A DNA stretch of 58,857 bases from Methanothrix sp. (GCA_020844795.1 CP086218.1:788622-847478), one strand, 5' to 3'. Positions 10,051-19,877 are shown, counted from the first letter of the stretch. Notes: generated from the sequence alone by a model not told the origin. Numbers and translations: made by a program.

Positions 10051-10980
10051 ATGGCAAAGATCTATGATGATATCACCAAAACGATCGGGAACACCCCCCT
10101 GATCAGGCTGAACCGGGTGACAGAGGGGCTGGACGCCACGGTGGTGGCGAAGGTGGAGAGCTTCAACCCCCTGGGGAGCGTCAAAGACAGGATAGGCGTC
10201 TCCATGATCGAGGCAGCTGAAAAGGCGGGGCATATCAAGAATGATACCATCATCCTGGAGCCGACAAGCGGGAACACCGGGATCGCCCTCGCTTTCGTCT
10301 GCGCCTCCAGGGGCTACCGGCTCGTCCTCATGATGCCGGAGACTATGTCGATAGAGCGGCGGAAGCTCTTGAAGGCCCTGGGCGCCGAGCTGGTCCTGAC
10401 CCCCGGACCTCTGGGAATGAAAGGGGCGGTGGCAAAGGCTGAAGAGATGCTCGCCGAGGATCCCCGGTACTATTACATCCCTCAGCAGTTCAGAAACCCG
10501 GCAAACCCCGAGATCCACCGGAAGACCACCGCCGAGGAGATATGGCGGGACACCGACGGAAAGGTGGACATCCTGGTGGCTGGCGTGGGCACCGGCGGAA
10601 CTATCACCGGGGTGGCCGACGTTATAAAGTCCCGGAAGCCCGGCTTCAAGGCGATCGCCGTAGAGCCGGCCGCCTCCCCGGTCCTGGGGGGTGGAAAGCC
10701 GGGGCCCCACAAGATCCAGGGTATCGGTGCCGGGTTCGTACCCGACGTCCTGAGGCTCGACCTGGTCGATGAGATCGTCCCTGTAACGAACGAAGACGCC
10801 TTCGCCACCGCCCGGAGGCTGGCGAAGGAGGAGGGTCTGGTGGTGGGCATATCCTGCGGCGCCGCCGCCTGGGCAGCCCTCTCCGTCGCCGCCAGGCGCG
10901 AGAACAGAGGAAAGCTGATAGTCGTCATACTCCCCGACACCGGGGAGCGGTACCTCTCCACAGAGCTCTTTGATATGTGA
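10051..10980 (+). CDS. cysK: Cysteine synthase A (O-acetylserine sulfhydrylase)
   Basis: Start MAKIYDD at 10051; [20 protein letters not shown] (PLP Lys), PTSGNTG, GVGTGGT, HKIQGIG and [10 protein letters not shown] motifs. Confidence 0.96.
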   Translation: MAKIYDDITKTIGNTPLIRLNRVTEGLDATVVAKVESFNPLGSVKDRIGVSMIEAAEKAGHIKNDTIILEPTSGNTGIALAFVCASRGYRLVLMMPETMSIERRKLLKALGAELVLTPGPLGMKGAVAKAEEMLAEDPRYYYIPQQFRNPANPEIHRKTTAEEIWRDTDGKVDILVAGVGTGGTITGVADVIKSRKPGFKAIAVEPAASPVLGGGKPGPHKIQGIGAGFVPDVLRLDLVDEIVPVTNEDAFATARRLAKEEGLVVGISCGAAAWAALSVAARRENRGKLIVVILPDTGERYLSTELFDM

Positions 10981-10992
10981 GGTCGAGGGAAG

Positions 10993-11952
10993 ATGAGGAT
11001 AAGAGAGGATATACAGACCGTATTCGAGAAGGACCCCGCCGCCAGGTCGATCTGGGAGGTCCTAGCCTGCTATCCCGGACTTCACGCCATCTGGATCCAT
11101 AGGATATCTCACACCCTCTGGACCCACCGGCTACGCTTCCCGGCCCGCCTCTTATCCCACATATCCCGGTTTCTGACGGGGGTGGAGATCCACCCGGGGG
11201 CGAAGATAGGAAGGAGGTTCTTCATCGACCACGGGATGGGGGTCGTCATCGGCGAGACCGCCGAGGTAGGAGACGACGTCCTGATGTACATGGGGACGGT
11301 CCTGGGAGGGACGAGCCTGGAGAAGGTGAAGCGCCACCCCACCCTCGAGGACGGGGTGGTGATCGGGAGCGGGGCGATCGTCCTGGGTCCTGTTACCATC
11401 GGCAGGAGGGCGAAGATCGGGGCAGGATCGGTGGTGGTCAGGTCTGTTCCGGCAGGAGCCACCGTGGTGGGGGTGCCGGGGAGGATAGCCGAGCCGGAGT
11501 GCCCGTCGACGAGGACCGACCTCAACTACGCCAACCTCCCCGACCCGATGCTCAGGGTGGTAAGCAGGCTCCTCGACCGACAGAACTGGATGGAAGATAG
11601 GCTTCGCTCCATGGAGAGGGCCCTCTCGGGTCCGCAGGCGGAGAAGATCAAGGAAAAGCTGGCGAGGGAGGAGGAGGTCCGGGAGGCTCTCCGGGATGTC
11701 CTGGATCCGGAGGTGGGTATAGACATAGTCGACCTGGGGCTCATCAAGGATATCATCGCGGACGGCGACCGGATCGAGGTGAATATGGTCCTCACCTCCC
11801 AAGCCTGCCCCCTGGCAGACCACCTCAAAGAGCAGGTGAAGCGGCGGGTTGAGGGGCTCCCGGAGGTGGGCGATGTGGAGGTGCGGGTCCTGGACGAGCC
11901 CTGGAACTGGGAGAGGTTCGCAAGGCAACGGAGCCTCCGGCAAGAGGTTTAG
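10993..11952 (+). CDS. cysE: Serine O-acetyltransferase with C-terminal DUF59 (FeS assembly SufT/PaaD-like) domain
   Basis: [31 protein letters not shown] and KRHPT motifs; C-terminal [18 protein letters not shown]...LTSQACP...PW. Confidence 0.93.
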   Translation: MRIREDIQTVFEKDPAARSIWEVLACYPGLHAIWIHRISHTLWTHRLRFPARLLSHISRFLTGVEIHPGAKIGRRFFIDHGMGVVIGETAEVGDDVLMYMGTVLGGTSLEKVKRHPTLEDGVVIGSGAIVLGPVTIGRRAKIGAGSVVVRSVPAGATVVGVPGRIAEPECPSTRTDLNYANLPDPMLRVVSRLLDRQNWMEDRLRSMERALSGPQAEKIKEKLAREEEVREALRDVLDPEVGIDIVDLGLIKDIIADGDRIEVNMVLTSQACPLADHLKEQVKRRVEGLPEVGDVEVRVLDEPWNWERFARQRSLRQEV

Positions 11953-11980
11953 AACGCTCCTCATGGTGCAGTCCGTCAAT

Positions 11981-13870
11981 TCAGCCGCGAGCCGCCCGCA
12001 GGCCGTTCAAAACCGCCAGGATCTCGGAGCTCTCGTGGAATAACACCGCCTCGGCGACGCTCAATCCCCCCAGGAGGGCAGAAGGGACCATGATGGCGAG
12101 GACGAGGAGGGAAAAGGCTATGTTCTGGAAGCTTATCCTCCTCGACCTCTTCCCTATCTCCATGGCACGGGGGACCATCCCCAGATCGTCGGCCATGAGG
12201 GCGATATCGGCGGCCTCGATCGCCGCGTCGGTCCCGGCCGCCCCCATGGCGATCCCCACCGTCGCCCGGGCAAGGGCGGGTCCATCGTTTATCCCGTCCC
12301 CCACCATGGCTACGGGGCCGAACTCCTCCTCCAAGGCCGCTACCGCCCTACTCTTCTCTTCCGGCAAGAGGCCTGCCCTGAAATCGTCTATCCCGAGATC
12401 CGCTGAGATCGCCCTGGCCACGGCTTCGCTGTCGCCGGTCAGCATCACCACCTTCAGCCCCAGGCCGTGAAGGTAGGCCACAGCCTCCTTCGCCCCAGCC
12501 CTGATCTCGTCTCTCACCCCTATTATCCCGTCCAGACCTCTGGCAGTCCCGACGAGGACCGCCGTCTTCCCCTCTGCCCTCAACCTATCTACCAGGGTCG
12601 GATCAGAGATCTGCACCCCCAGCCCCTCGAAGAGCTCCGGCTTTCCGGCATAGACCGTCTCCCCGTCCAAGTCTCCAGATACCCCGGTCCCGATGAGGCA
12701 GGTGAAGTTCTCCACATCTCCTGCTTCGACCTTCTCAGAGATCGCCTTTCTTGCGATGGCCCTGGCCACGGGGTGGTCTGAAAGCCTCTCCAGGCTGTAG
12801 GCCCGGGCGAGGAGGGCGACCTCATCTCCCCTGAAGGGTATCAGATCCGTCACCTCAGGCTTGCCCCGGGTCAGGGTCCCTGTCTTGTCGAGGGCCACGG
12901 CCCTGATCTTGCCCAGGTTCTCCAGGTGGACACCCCCCTTTACAAGGATCCCGCTCTTTCCCGCCCTGCCTATCCCGGCGGCTATGGCTATGGGGGTTGA
13001 TATCACCAGGGCGCAGGGAGCGGCGGCCACCAGAAGGACGACGGCCCTCTCCGACCACTCATAGAAGCCGCCCTCGAGGAGCGGAGACGCCAGTATCAGT
13101 AGGACAGCCCCCGCCAGAACCAGGGGGGAGTACCTATCTCCAAACTTCTCGATGAAGAGCTGAGACCTCCCTTTCACCTCCTGGGCCTCCTCCACCAGGT
13201 GGATGATCTTCGAGAGGGTGTTCTCCTCGAAGGAGGTGGTCGCCTCCACCTCGATCGCCCCCTCGAGGTTGATCGTCCCGGCGAAGACGAGCATACCCTC
13301 GCTCTTGTCGACGGGGGCCGACTCTCCCGTCACAGGGGCCTCATCGATGCTGGACCTGCCTGCGACGACCAGCCCGTCGGTGGGTATCGACTCCCCCGGC
13401 CTCACGAGAAACAGGTCCCCCCTCTTAATATCGGCCGCCGGAATGATCCTCTCCGTCCCGCCGACTCTGACCCTAGCCGTCTTCGGGGCGAGGTCGAGGA
13501 GGGCCCTTATCGAGCTCCTCGTCCTGACGTAGGTGAACTCCTCCAGGCTCTCCGCCGCCGAGTAGAGAAAGACCAAGAAGGCCGCCTCCTCCCAGATCCC
13601 GAGGACGGCGGCGCCCAGGGCGGCGGCCATCATGAGGATCTCTATCCCGACCTTCCTCTCGAAGAGGAGCTCTTCGATCCCCTCCCTCGCCCAGCTATAT
13701 CCTCCTACGAGCATAGCGGTGGCGAAGATGAAGATCCTGACGTCCTGCGATATCGCCCCAAGGCTTTCGAGGCCGTAGGCGGATGCCGAGAGGAGGCCGG
13801 ATAGGAGGGCGGTCTGCATCCTGCGGTACTCAAACCATCTCCCCTCGAAGATCTCTTCATCCTCAACCAT
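11981..13870 (-). CDS. Heavy-metal translocating P1B-type ATPase (CadA/ZntA or P1B-4-like)
   Basis: TGES, APCAL, DKTGTLT, HP, GDGIND and HESSE motifs; no N-terminal metal-binding domain. Confidence 0.9.
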   Translation of the reverse strand: MVEDEEIFEGRWFEYRRMQTALLSGLLSASAYGLESLGAISQDVRIFIFATAMLVGGYSWAREGIEELLFERKVGIEILMMAAALGAAVLGIWEEAAFLVFLYSAAESLEEFTYVRTRSSIRALLDLAPKTARVRVGGTERIIPAADIKRGDLFLVRPGESIPTDGLVVAGRSSIDEAPVTGESAPVDKSEGMLVFAGTINLEGAIEVEATTSFEENTLSKIIHLVEEAQEVKGRSQLFIEKFGDRYSPLVLAGAVLLILASPLLEGGFYEWSERAVVLLVAAAPCALVISTPIAIAAGIGRAGKSGILVKGGVHLENLGKIRAVALDKTGTLTRGKPEVTDLIPFRGDEVALLARAYSLERLSDHPVARAIARKAISEKVEAGDVENFTCLIGTGVSGDLDGETVYAGKPELFEGLGVQISDPTLVDRLRAEGKTAVLVGTARGLDGIIGVRDEIRAGAKEAVAYLHGLGLKVVMLTGDSEAVARAISADLGIDDFRAGLLPEEKSRAVAALEEEFGPVAMVGDGINDGPALARATVGIAMGAAGTDAAIEAADIALMADDLGMVPRAMEIGKRSRRISFQNIAFSLLVLAIMVPSALLGGLSVAEAVLFHESSEILAVLNGLRAARG

Positions 13871-14082
13871 AGGCCTAAAACCTCATTTTCATGAGAGGAG
13901 GAGAGGACCACAGCGGGCATAAGATGACAGCTTTCAATCCTCGTCCTCGGATTCGTCTCTCTATTGCTGTACAATTACCGTATCATCCGCTTTGGACGGC
14001 GCCTCACCCATTCAGAATACAGGCCAGCTCCTCCCGCCTGATCCCTCGCCCCGACGCTATAAGTAGCTGGCTTGAGTCTCGA

Positions 14083-14118
14083 CCTAAGCCGACCGCATGA
14101 CCTGAGCCGACCGCATGA
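14083..14118. repeat. 18-bp tandem duplication CCT(A/G)AGCCGACCGCATGA
   Basis: Two adjacent copies with one mismatch, between iscU and the ATPase gene. Confidence 0.7.
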
Positions 14119-14177
14119 TCTTTAAATCAGACCGATCAGGACCCTCAGATACCACGGGATCGGTGGAGATCAAATGG

Positions 14178-14570
14178 TCACCCCTTCCGAACCGCAGCCT
14201 TATTCCGATAGTCCTCGAGGGCCATGTGGAGGGCGTCGGCGGCGAGGTTCGAGCAATGCATCTTGTTCGGTGGCAGGCCCCCAAGCTCCCTGGCAACTTC
14301 GTCCCTCGTGATCTTCATCCCCTCCTCTACCGTCTTGCCCAAAGCCATCTCCGTGGTCATGCTGCTCGTCGCTATCGCCGCGCCGCACCCGAAGGTCCGA
14401 AACTTAATATCCTCTATCCTCTCGTCCTTCACCCGGATGAACATCTCCATGACGTCCCCGCAGGTCGGGTTTCCCACCTTCCCGTAACCGTCGGGATCTT
14501 CGATGACGCCGACGTTTCGCGGGTTCATGAAGTGGTCCATCACCTTCTCGCTGTATCCTGGCTGTGACAT
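14178..14570 (-). CDS. iscU: Fe-S cluster scaffold protein IscU/NifU
   Basis: YSEKVMDHF.NPRNVG, GNPTCGD, FRTFGCGAAIA and LPPNKMHCS motifs. Confidence 0.95.
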   Translation of the reverse strand: MSQPGYSEKVMDHFMNPRNVGVIEDPDGYGKVGNPTCGDVMEMFIRVKDERIEDIKFRTFGCGAAIATSSMTTEMALGKTVEEGMKITRDEVARELGGLPPNKMHCSNLAADALHMALEDYRNKAAVRKG

Positions 14571-14609
14571 ATAAATCCTCTTATTATTCCGCCTCGGGTT
14601 GGAGACCGT

Positions 14610-15770
14610 TCACTCCGGCCTCATAGCCGACATCTCCCTCAGCCTCTTCACCGAGTCAAAGATGGCCCGGCAGGCGTAGTCGACCTCCTCTTCCGTGTTA
14701 GCCATCCCGAGAGTTATGCGAAGAGATCCATGAGACTCGACGGGAGATAGGCCGATGGCGGAGAGGACGTGGCTTGCAGCAAGCTTCTTCGAGGAGCATG
14801 CCGATCCCGTGGATGCGGCGACCCCTTTCGCGTCGAGATAGAGGAGGAGGGATTCTCCTTCGATGTACCTAAATCCGAAGTTCAGGTTTGAAGGAAGCCT
14901 CTTAACCGGGTGGCCGTTCAGCCACGACTCCTCGATGTTCTTGAGGACCCAGCCCCTCATCCGGTCCTGTAGAGACCTCATCCTCTCCGACTCCACCGCC
15001 ATATTTTCTTCTGCGATTCTGGCGGCCCTTCCCAGACCCACGATCCCCGGGACGTTCTCCGTCCCCGACCTCATCCCCCTCTCGTGGCCTCCGCCCTGCT
15101 GGATGCTCTCGATCCTGACGCCCTTTCTTTTGTAGAGGGCTCCTGCCCCCTTGGGGCCGTAGAGCTTGTGGCCCGAGAGGGAGAAGGCGTCGAGGCCGAG
15201 GGAGTTCACGTCCACGGGGATCTTTCCTGCGGTCTGGACCCCGTCTGTATGGAAGTAAATCTCCTTCTCGCCTGCAAGCCTACCGATCTCCTCCAGGGGC
15301 TGTATCGTCCCGATCTCGTTGTTGGCGTGCATCACCGAGATCAATATGGTATCCTCCCGGACCGCCTCCTCCACCGCCCCGATCTCCACGAGCCCCTCCC
15401 GGGTCACCGGAAGGTAGGTCACCTCAAACCCCTCCCTCGTCAGTGCTTTGCAGACCTCCAGGACGGCGGGGTGCTCTATCGAGGTGGTGATGATGTGGCG
15501 CCCCTTCTTTTTATTCTTACGGGCGATCCCTTTGATGGCCAGGTTGTCCGACTCCGTCCCACCGCTGGTAAAGTATATCTCCGAAGGTTCGGCGTTCAGG
15601 AGGGCAGCGACCTCGGTCCGGGCATCATCCACCGCCTCCCGAGCCTCTCTGCCGAAACTGTGGAGGCTGGAAGGGTTTCCGTAACGCTTCGAGAAGTAAG
15701 GGATCATCGCCTCGAGGACCTCGGGAGCGAGGGGCGTCGTGGCGGCGTGATCCATGTATATCCGTTTCAT
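14610..15770 (-). CDS. iscS: Cysteine desulfurase IscS/NifS (group I)
   Basis: YMDHAATTP, FTSGGTESDN, SGHKLYGPKG and STGSACSS motifs. Confidence 0.95.
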   Translation of the reverse strand: MKRIYMDHAATTPLAPEVLEAMIPYFSKRYGNPSSLHSFGREAREAVDDARTEVAALLNAEPSEIYFTSGGTESDNLAIKGIARKNKKKGRHIITTSIEHPAVLEVCKALTREGFEVTYLPVTREGLVEIGAVEEAVREDTILISVMHANNEIGTIQPLEEIGRLAGEKEIYFHTDGVQTAGKIPVDVNSLGLDAFSLSGHKLYGPKGAGALYKRKGVRIESIQQGGGHERGMRSGTENVPGIVGLGRAARIAEENMAVESERMRSLQDRMRGWVLKNIEESWLNGHPVKRLPSNLNFGFRYIEGESLLLYLDAKGVAASTGSACSSKKLAASHVLSAIGLSPVESHGSLRITLGMANTEEEVDYACRAIFDSVKRLREMSAMRPE

Positions 15771-15810
15771 CTATCGGTCACTCCTCAATCGATCTGATCT
15801 ATCTGAGCCG

Positions 15811-16950
15811 TTATAGATCCGCAGAGGATTTTAGATCTTCCTCGATCTTGGCCACTTCCTCCAGCCTCGCCCTGGTGGCGGGCTTCCTGGGGACTGCTCC
15901 GCATCCTTCGGAGGGGAGGATGGAGGCATCGAAGGTTCCTATCTCCCTTGCGATCTTCTCCACCTCCACCTTGTCGAAGCCTATGAGGGGCCTGTATACG
16001 GGAATCGATGCGGCTTCGTCCAGGACGTAGAGGTTGTCCAGGGTCTGGGAGGCTACCTGGCCCAGGGACTCGCCGGTGACGATCCCCTTGGCGCCTTTGT
16101 CCTTCGCCACCGCCTGCGCCAGCCGGTACATCCGGCGCTTGCAGACGAGACAGGTGTACCTCTCTAGACCCCCCTCTCTCATCATCTCAGAGCTTTTTTT
16201 GAGGAAGCCGTCCTTTACCACCATAAGCTTAAGATCCGGCTGGTAGGCCTTCAGCCTTTCAACAACAGCCTCGGCCCGCGCGAGGGCCAGGGGGCCGGAG
16301 AAGCTTTCGAGGTCGACGTAGATGGGGGTTATCCTGCATCCGCGCTTCATCATCATCCAGGCGGCCACCGGCGAGTCTATACCCCCGGAGAAGAGGGCTA
16401 CAAGATCGCCCTCGGCGCCGAGGGGTAGCCCGCCGACCCCCTTAACGACGTTGCGGAAGAGGTAGCAGTCGTCGTCTCTGATCTCGACGTGGACCGTCGC
16501 CTCGGGGTCCTCGAGATCGACCCTGAGGTGGGGGAACCTCTCCAGGATCAGGTCAGCGAGCTCCACCGTCTTCTCCTGGGAGGTGAAAGGATGGCTACCG
16601 ACCCGGCGGAGCCTCAGGGCGAAGGTCTCCGCCTCCGGTAGGCCGGTCCTCTCGCAGTAGTCGATCATAAACGAACCGAGATCCTGTAGAGAGGTCCGCT
16701 CGCAGGGGGAGAAGGAGACTATCCCGAAGATCCGCTTCAGCCTCTCCTCGTCCACAGGTCCCGAAAGCCAGATCCGGCCCCGGGTCCTCCTCACCTTACA
16801 TCCCGGGAGGGCCTCCTTGAGGTTTCTCATGAGGAGGTTCTCCCACCGGCTCCTTACGGCGGGGGACTTGAGGCCGATCTCCGAGTACCGAAGAAGGTAC
16901 AAGCTAGCCCAGCCCTCCGCAGTCCCGGCAGCGGGGATCTCTTGAGACAT
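15811..16950 (-). CDS. thiI: tRNA 4-thiouridine synthase ThiI (methanogen type, no rhodanese domain)
   Basis: RYSEIGLKS, THUMP domain, SGGIDS PP-loop, CLVC, TGESLGQVASQT and a distal Cys. Confidence 0.92.
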   Translation of the reverse strand: MSQEIPAAGTAEGWASLYLLRYSEIGLKSPAVRSRWENLLMRNLKEALPGCKVRRTRGRIWLSGPVDEERLKRIFGIVSFSPCERTSLQDLGSFMIDYCERTGLPEAETFALRLRRVGSHPFTSQEKTVELADLILERFPHLRVDLEDPEATVHVEIRDDDCYLFRNVVKGVGGLPLGAEGDLVALFSGGIDSPVAAWMMMKRGCRITPIYVDLESFSGPLALARAEAVVERLKAYQPDLKLMVVKDGFLKKSSEMMREGGLERYTCLVCKRRMYRLAQAVAKDKGAKGIVTGESLGQVASQTLDNLYVLDEAASIPVYRPLIGFDKVEVEKIAREIGTFDASILPSEGCGAVPRKPATRARLEEVAKIEEDLKSSADL

Positions 16951-17632
16951 CCACCGTCTCGAGGGTGGGAGCGAGCCCGTCCCAGAGGAGGAGCCTTCCG
17001 GCGAGGAGCTCCCCGGTCCCCGTGATGTACTTGATCGCCTCCGTCGCCTGGATCAGACCGATGATCCCAGGAGTGACCCCCACCACTGGAAACTTGGCAG
17101 GTGGAGGAGCCTGGGGAAAGATACACCGCAGGCACGCCGAGACCCCGGGGAGGACCGTCGTCGCCTGGCCGTGGAAGCCGAAGATCGCCCCGTGGATGAA
17201 GGGTATCTTCTTTCTTATGGCCGTCTCGTTGAGAAGATACCGTACTGGAAAGTTGTCCATGGCGTCGATGACGAGGTCGGCGTCGCCGACGAGCCGGGAG
17301 ACGTTCTCCTCGCAGATAGTCTCCGCCGTCGTCTCGACGACGATATCGGAATTCATCTCGCAGAGCTTCTCCCTGGCCGAGACCGCCTTCTTCCTCCCTA
17401 TGTCCCTCTCCCAGTGGAGGATCTGGCGGTTTAGGTTGGAGAGCTCCACCTCGTCGTCGTCGACGATCACGACCTCTCCGACCCCGGCGGCCGCCAGGTA
17501 GACGGATATGGGAGAGCCCAAGCCCCCCGCCCCGGCGATGAAGACCTTCGATCCGGCTATCTTCTCCTGCCCCTCGACCCCGAAGAGGCGGATCTGCCGG
17601 TCGTACCTATCCAGGAACCTTTCGACGTTCAT
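16904..17632 (-). CDS. moeB: HesA/MoeB/ThiF E1-like activating enzyme (UbaA-like)
   Basis: RYDRQI, GAGGLG, SNLNRQ, CLRC and CRDC zinc motifs. Confidence 0.9.
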   Translation of the reverse strand: MNVERFLDRYDRQIRLFGVEGQEKIAGSKVFIAGAGGLGSPISVYLAAAGVGEVVIVDDDEVELSNLNRQILHWERDIGRKKAVSAREKLCEMNSDIVVETTAETICEENVSRLVGDADLVIDAMDNFPVRYLLNETAIRKKIPFIHGAIFGFHGQATTVLPGVSACLRCIFPQAPPPAKFPVVGVTPGIIGLIQATEAIKYITGTGELLAGRLLLWDGLAPTLETVDVSRDPRCRDCGGLG

Positions 17633-17745
17633 CGATCTACTCCTTATATGATGGTGCCTCTCTCCCTACCAGGCTGGAGGCGAGGGATCTTCCGCTAATC
17701 CACGTGATTATCCAGCATATCATATTATCTCCACAAGATCTCCAT

Positions 17746-17757
17746 TAACAATTGTTA
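17746..17757. promoter_or_regulatory. Palindromic operator TAACAATTGTTA upstream of the moeB-thiI-iscS-iscU operon
   Basis: Perfect palindrome next to minus-strand TATA-like TTTTATG (17761-17767). Confidence 0.8.
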
Positions 17758-17928
17758 TCCCATAAAAGGGTTTCTGAAGGCGGCGGATATGACTGCGGTG
17801 ATGAAACTGGCCAAGATCCATAGCCTCGACCTCCCTGGCAGGAGCTCCGGTGAGCGACGAGATGCCGGCAATTATTGCTTATACCGGCAGTTACTTCATC
17901 ATCTTCAGTCGTGAAGGGGTTCGCACGT

Positions 17929-17999
17929 GCCGGGGTGACCGAACGGCTAGGTGCGCGGCTGCAGACCGCGACAATCGGGTTCGACTCCCGACCCCGGCC
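17929..17999 (+). tRNA. tRNA-Cys(GCA) with atypical discriminator C73
   Basis: Acceptor stem GCCGGGG/CCCCGGC, D-arm ACC..GGT, anticodon arm CGCGG-CTGCAGA-CCGCG (GCA at 17961-17963, G37), T-arm TCGGG-TTCGACT-CCCGA. No encoded CCA. Confidence 0.9.
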
Positions 18000-18001
18000 T
18001 T

Positions 18002-19421
18002 ATGATCATCTCCAACACCATGACCGGCGAAAAGGAGGCCTTGAGGCCTCTCCATGGGGGGCCGGATCAACATCTTCGTCTGCGGCCCTACGGTCTATGA
18101 CGACGCCCACATCGGGCACGTCCGGACCTATATAGCCTTCGATGTCGTCGCCAGGTACCTCAAGGCGCGAGGCTACAGCGTATTCTACCTTCAGAACATA
18201 ACCGATATCGATGATAAGATCATAGATAGGGCAAAGAAGCTTGAAGTCGATCCAGCCGCCTTGGCCCGGAAGTTCGAGAGGAGATACCTCGAAGATATGA
18301 AGGCCCTCGGGGTCGAGAACGTCAACCTCTACGCCCGGGCGACGGAGCACATCCCCGAGATCATCAGCCAGATCGAGCGGCTGATGGCGAGGGGCTTCGC
18401 CTATGAGACGGAGAGCGGGGTCTACTTCGACGAGTCCAAGTTCGAGGAGTTTGGAAAGCTCTCCCATAAGAGCATGGAGGATCCGGACAGGCACAGGATC
18501 GAGCCTGATCCGACCAAGAGGAACCGCGGGGACTTCACCCTCTGGAAGAAGCGAAGAAACGAAGAAGGGATAAGCTGGCAATCCCCCTGGGGTGAGGGCC
18601 GGCCCGGCTGGCATATCGAGGATACCGCCATAACAGAGACTTACTTCGGACCCCAGTACGACATCCATGGAGGGGCTATCGATCTGATATTTCCCCACCA
18701 TGAGGCCGAGATAGCCCAGATGGAGGCGGTATCGGGGAAGGCACCCATGGTGAGCTGCTGGATGCATACCGGCTTTTTGAACGTAAAGGGAGAGAAGATG
18801 TCCAAGTCCCTGGGAAACTTCATCACCATCCGAGAGCTTCTCAAGACTTGGGAGCCGGATGTCTTCCGGCTGGCCGTCCTCTCGGCCCATTACCGCACCC
18901 CCATCGACTTCTCCGAAGGCGTCCTCGATCAGTCCCGCCGTAGCCTGGAGAGGATCCGCAAGCTGGTCTCGGCTATAGATACGAGGCTATAGGCTGAGGG
19001 CGATGACCTCCCTTCCCCGAAGGAAGATGAGGCGCTGGAAAGGGCGAGAACGGAGTTCTTTGAGGCGATGGACGACGACTTCAACACCCCCAACGCCCTC
19101 CGGGCGGTCTTCGGGCTGGTGAGGGACCTCAACCGCCGGATGGACGAGGGAGACTTATCCACCGAAGGGCTCCGGGCTGCCGGGGAGATGCTGGCGGAGT
19201 TCGGGGAGATCCTGGGGTTGGACCTCTCCGCGGAGGGATCTCGGGAGGAGGACGATAAACTGATGGATGGGCTTCTCGCCCTCCTCCGGGAGGTCCGCCA
19301 GAGGCTGCGAGAGAAGAGGGAGTGGGAGCTTGCCGACGAGATAAGAGGAAGGCTCCTTGATCTGGGCATCGTCCTGGAAGACAAAAACCAGGGAGCGAAC
19401 CGAGATCGAGATCGCGGGTGA
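18002..19421 (+). pseudogene. cysS: Cysteinyl-tRNA synthetase interrupted by a frameshift (G6, 18056-18061) and an in-frame TAG (18990-18992)
   Basis: N-terminus MIISNTMTGEKEALRPLHG (ATG 18002) is out of frame with CGPTVY..HIGH..GRPGWH..FPHHE..KMSKS. After the TAG the same frame continues into the DALR (AMDDDFNT) and anticodon-binding (ADEIRGRL..LGIVLED) domains. Confidence 0.85.
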
Positions 19422-19466
19422 GACACCTTCGGAGAGCCGTTGGAGGGTAACCCTTAAATCCCAAAA

Positions 19467-19478
19467 TAACGATTGTGA
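19467..19478. promoter_or_regulatory. Palindromic operator TAACGATTGTGA upstream of the MarR-like HTH gene
   Basis: Directly downstream of TATA-like CTTAAAT (19453-19459). Confidence 0.75.
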
Positions 19479-19496
19479 ATCGGTGAAATAGAATGA

Positions 19497-19781
19497 GGGA
19501 TCGTCTTTGTTTATGAAGGAGAGATCGAACGGTCTTTTGAGAAGAAGGTTGAGCGGCTGCCACCGTCGGCAAAGCTCGTATTGAAGGTCCTGGAGTCTGG
19601 GTCCCTTCTGACCCAGAAGGATATCGTGAACAGAACCTACCTCCCGGCAAGGACCGTCAGATATGCCCTCCGCCGCCTGGAGGATGAGAAGCTTCTTGTG
19701 AAGCAGTTCTGCTTCCTGGATGCCCGCCAGCGGCTTTACAGACTGAAAACCAATACCTTCCTGACCAAAACAACCGGTTAA
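19497..19781 (+). CDS. Archaeal MarR-like winged-helix transcriptional regulator (start uncertain)
   Basis: The frame is open from 19497 and reads ..ERLPPSAKLVLKVLE..LTQKDI..RTVRYALRRL..DARQRLY. No in-frame ATG precedes the conserved LPPSAKL. Confidence 0.75.
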   Translation, partial: GIVFVYEGEIERSFEKKVERLPPSAKLVLKVLESGSLLTQKDIVNRTYLPARTVRYALRRLEDEKLLVKQFCFLDARQRLYRLKTNTFLTKTTG

Positions 19782-19877
19782 ACTATATATTGATCTTTCT
19801 TCGCAGATGGCTCACCCCTGAGGATAAATGGGATGTCTATCTCGTCCTGGCATCCCTTGCCGCCTAATGGATGAAGG

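Noticed and set aside
18600-18635. CysRS zinc-ligand motif reads WHIEDTAI instead of WHIECSAM
   Set aside because: I recall this Asp variant in other archaeal CysRS enzymes, so I did not count it as a lesion or novelty.
18990-18992. Pyrrolysine readthrough of the cysS amber codon
   Set aside because: No pyl genes are in the window, several intact genes here end in TAG (e.g. 3324, 7826, 11952), and cysS has an independent frameshift. Decay is simpler, though a genome-wide pyl search is needed to exclude readthrough.
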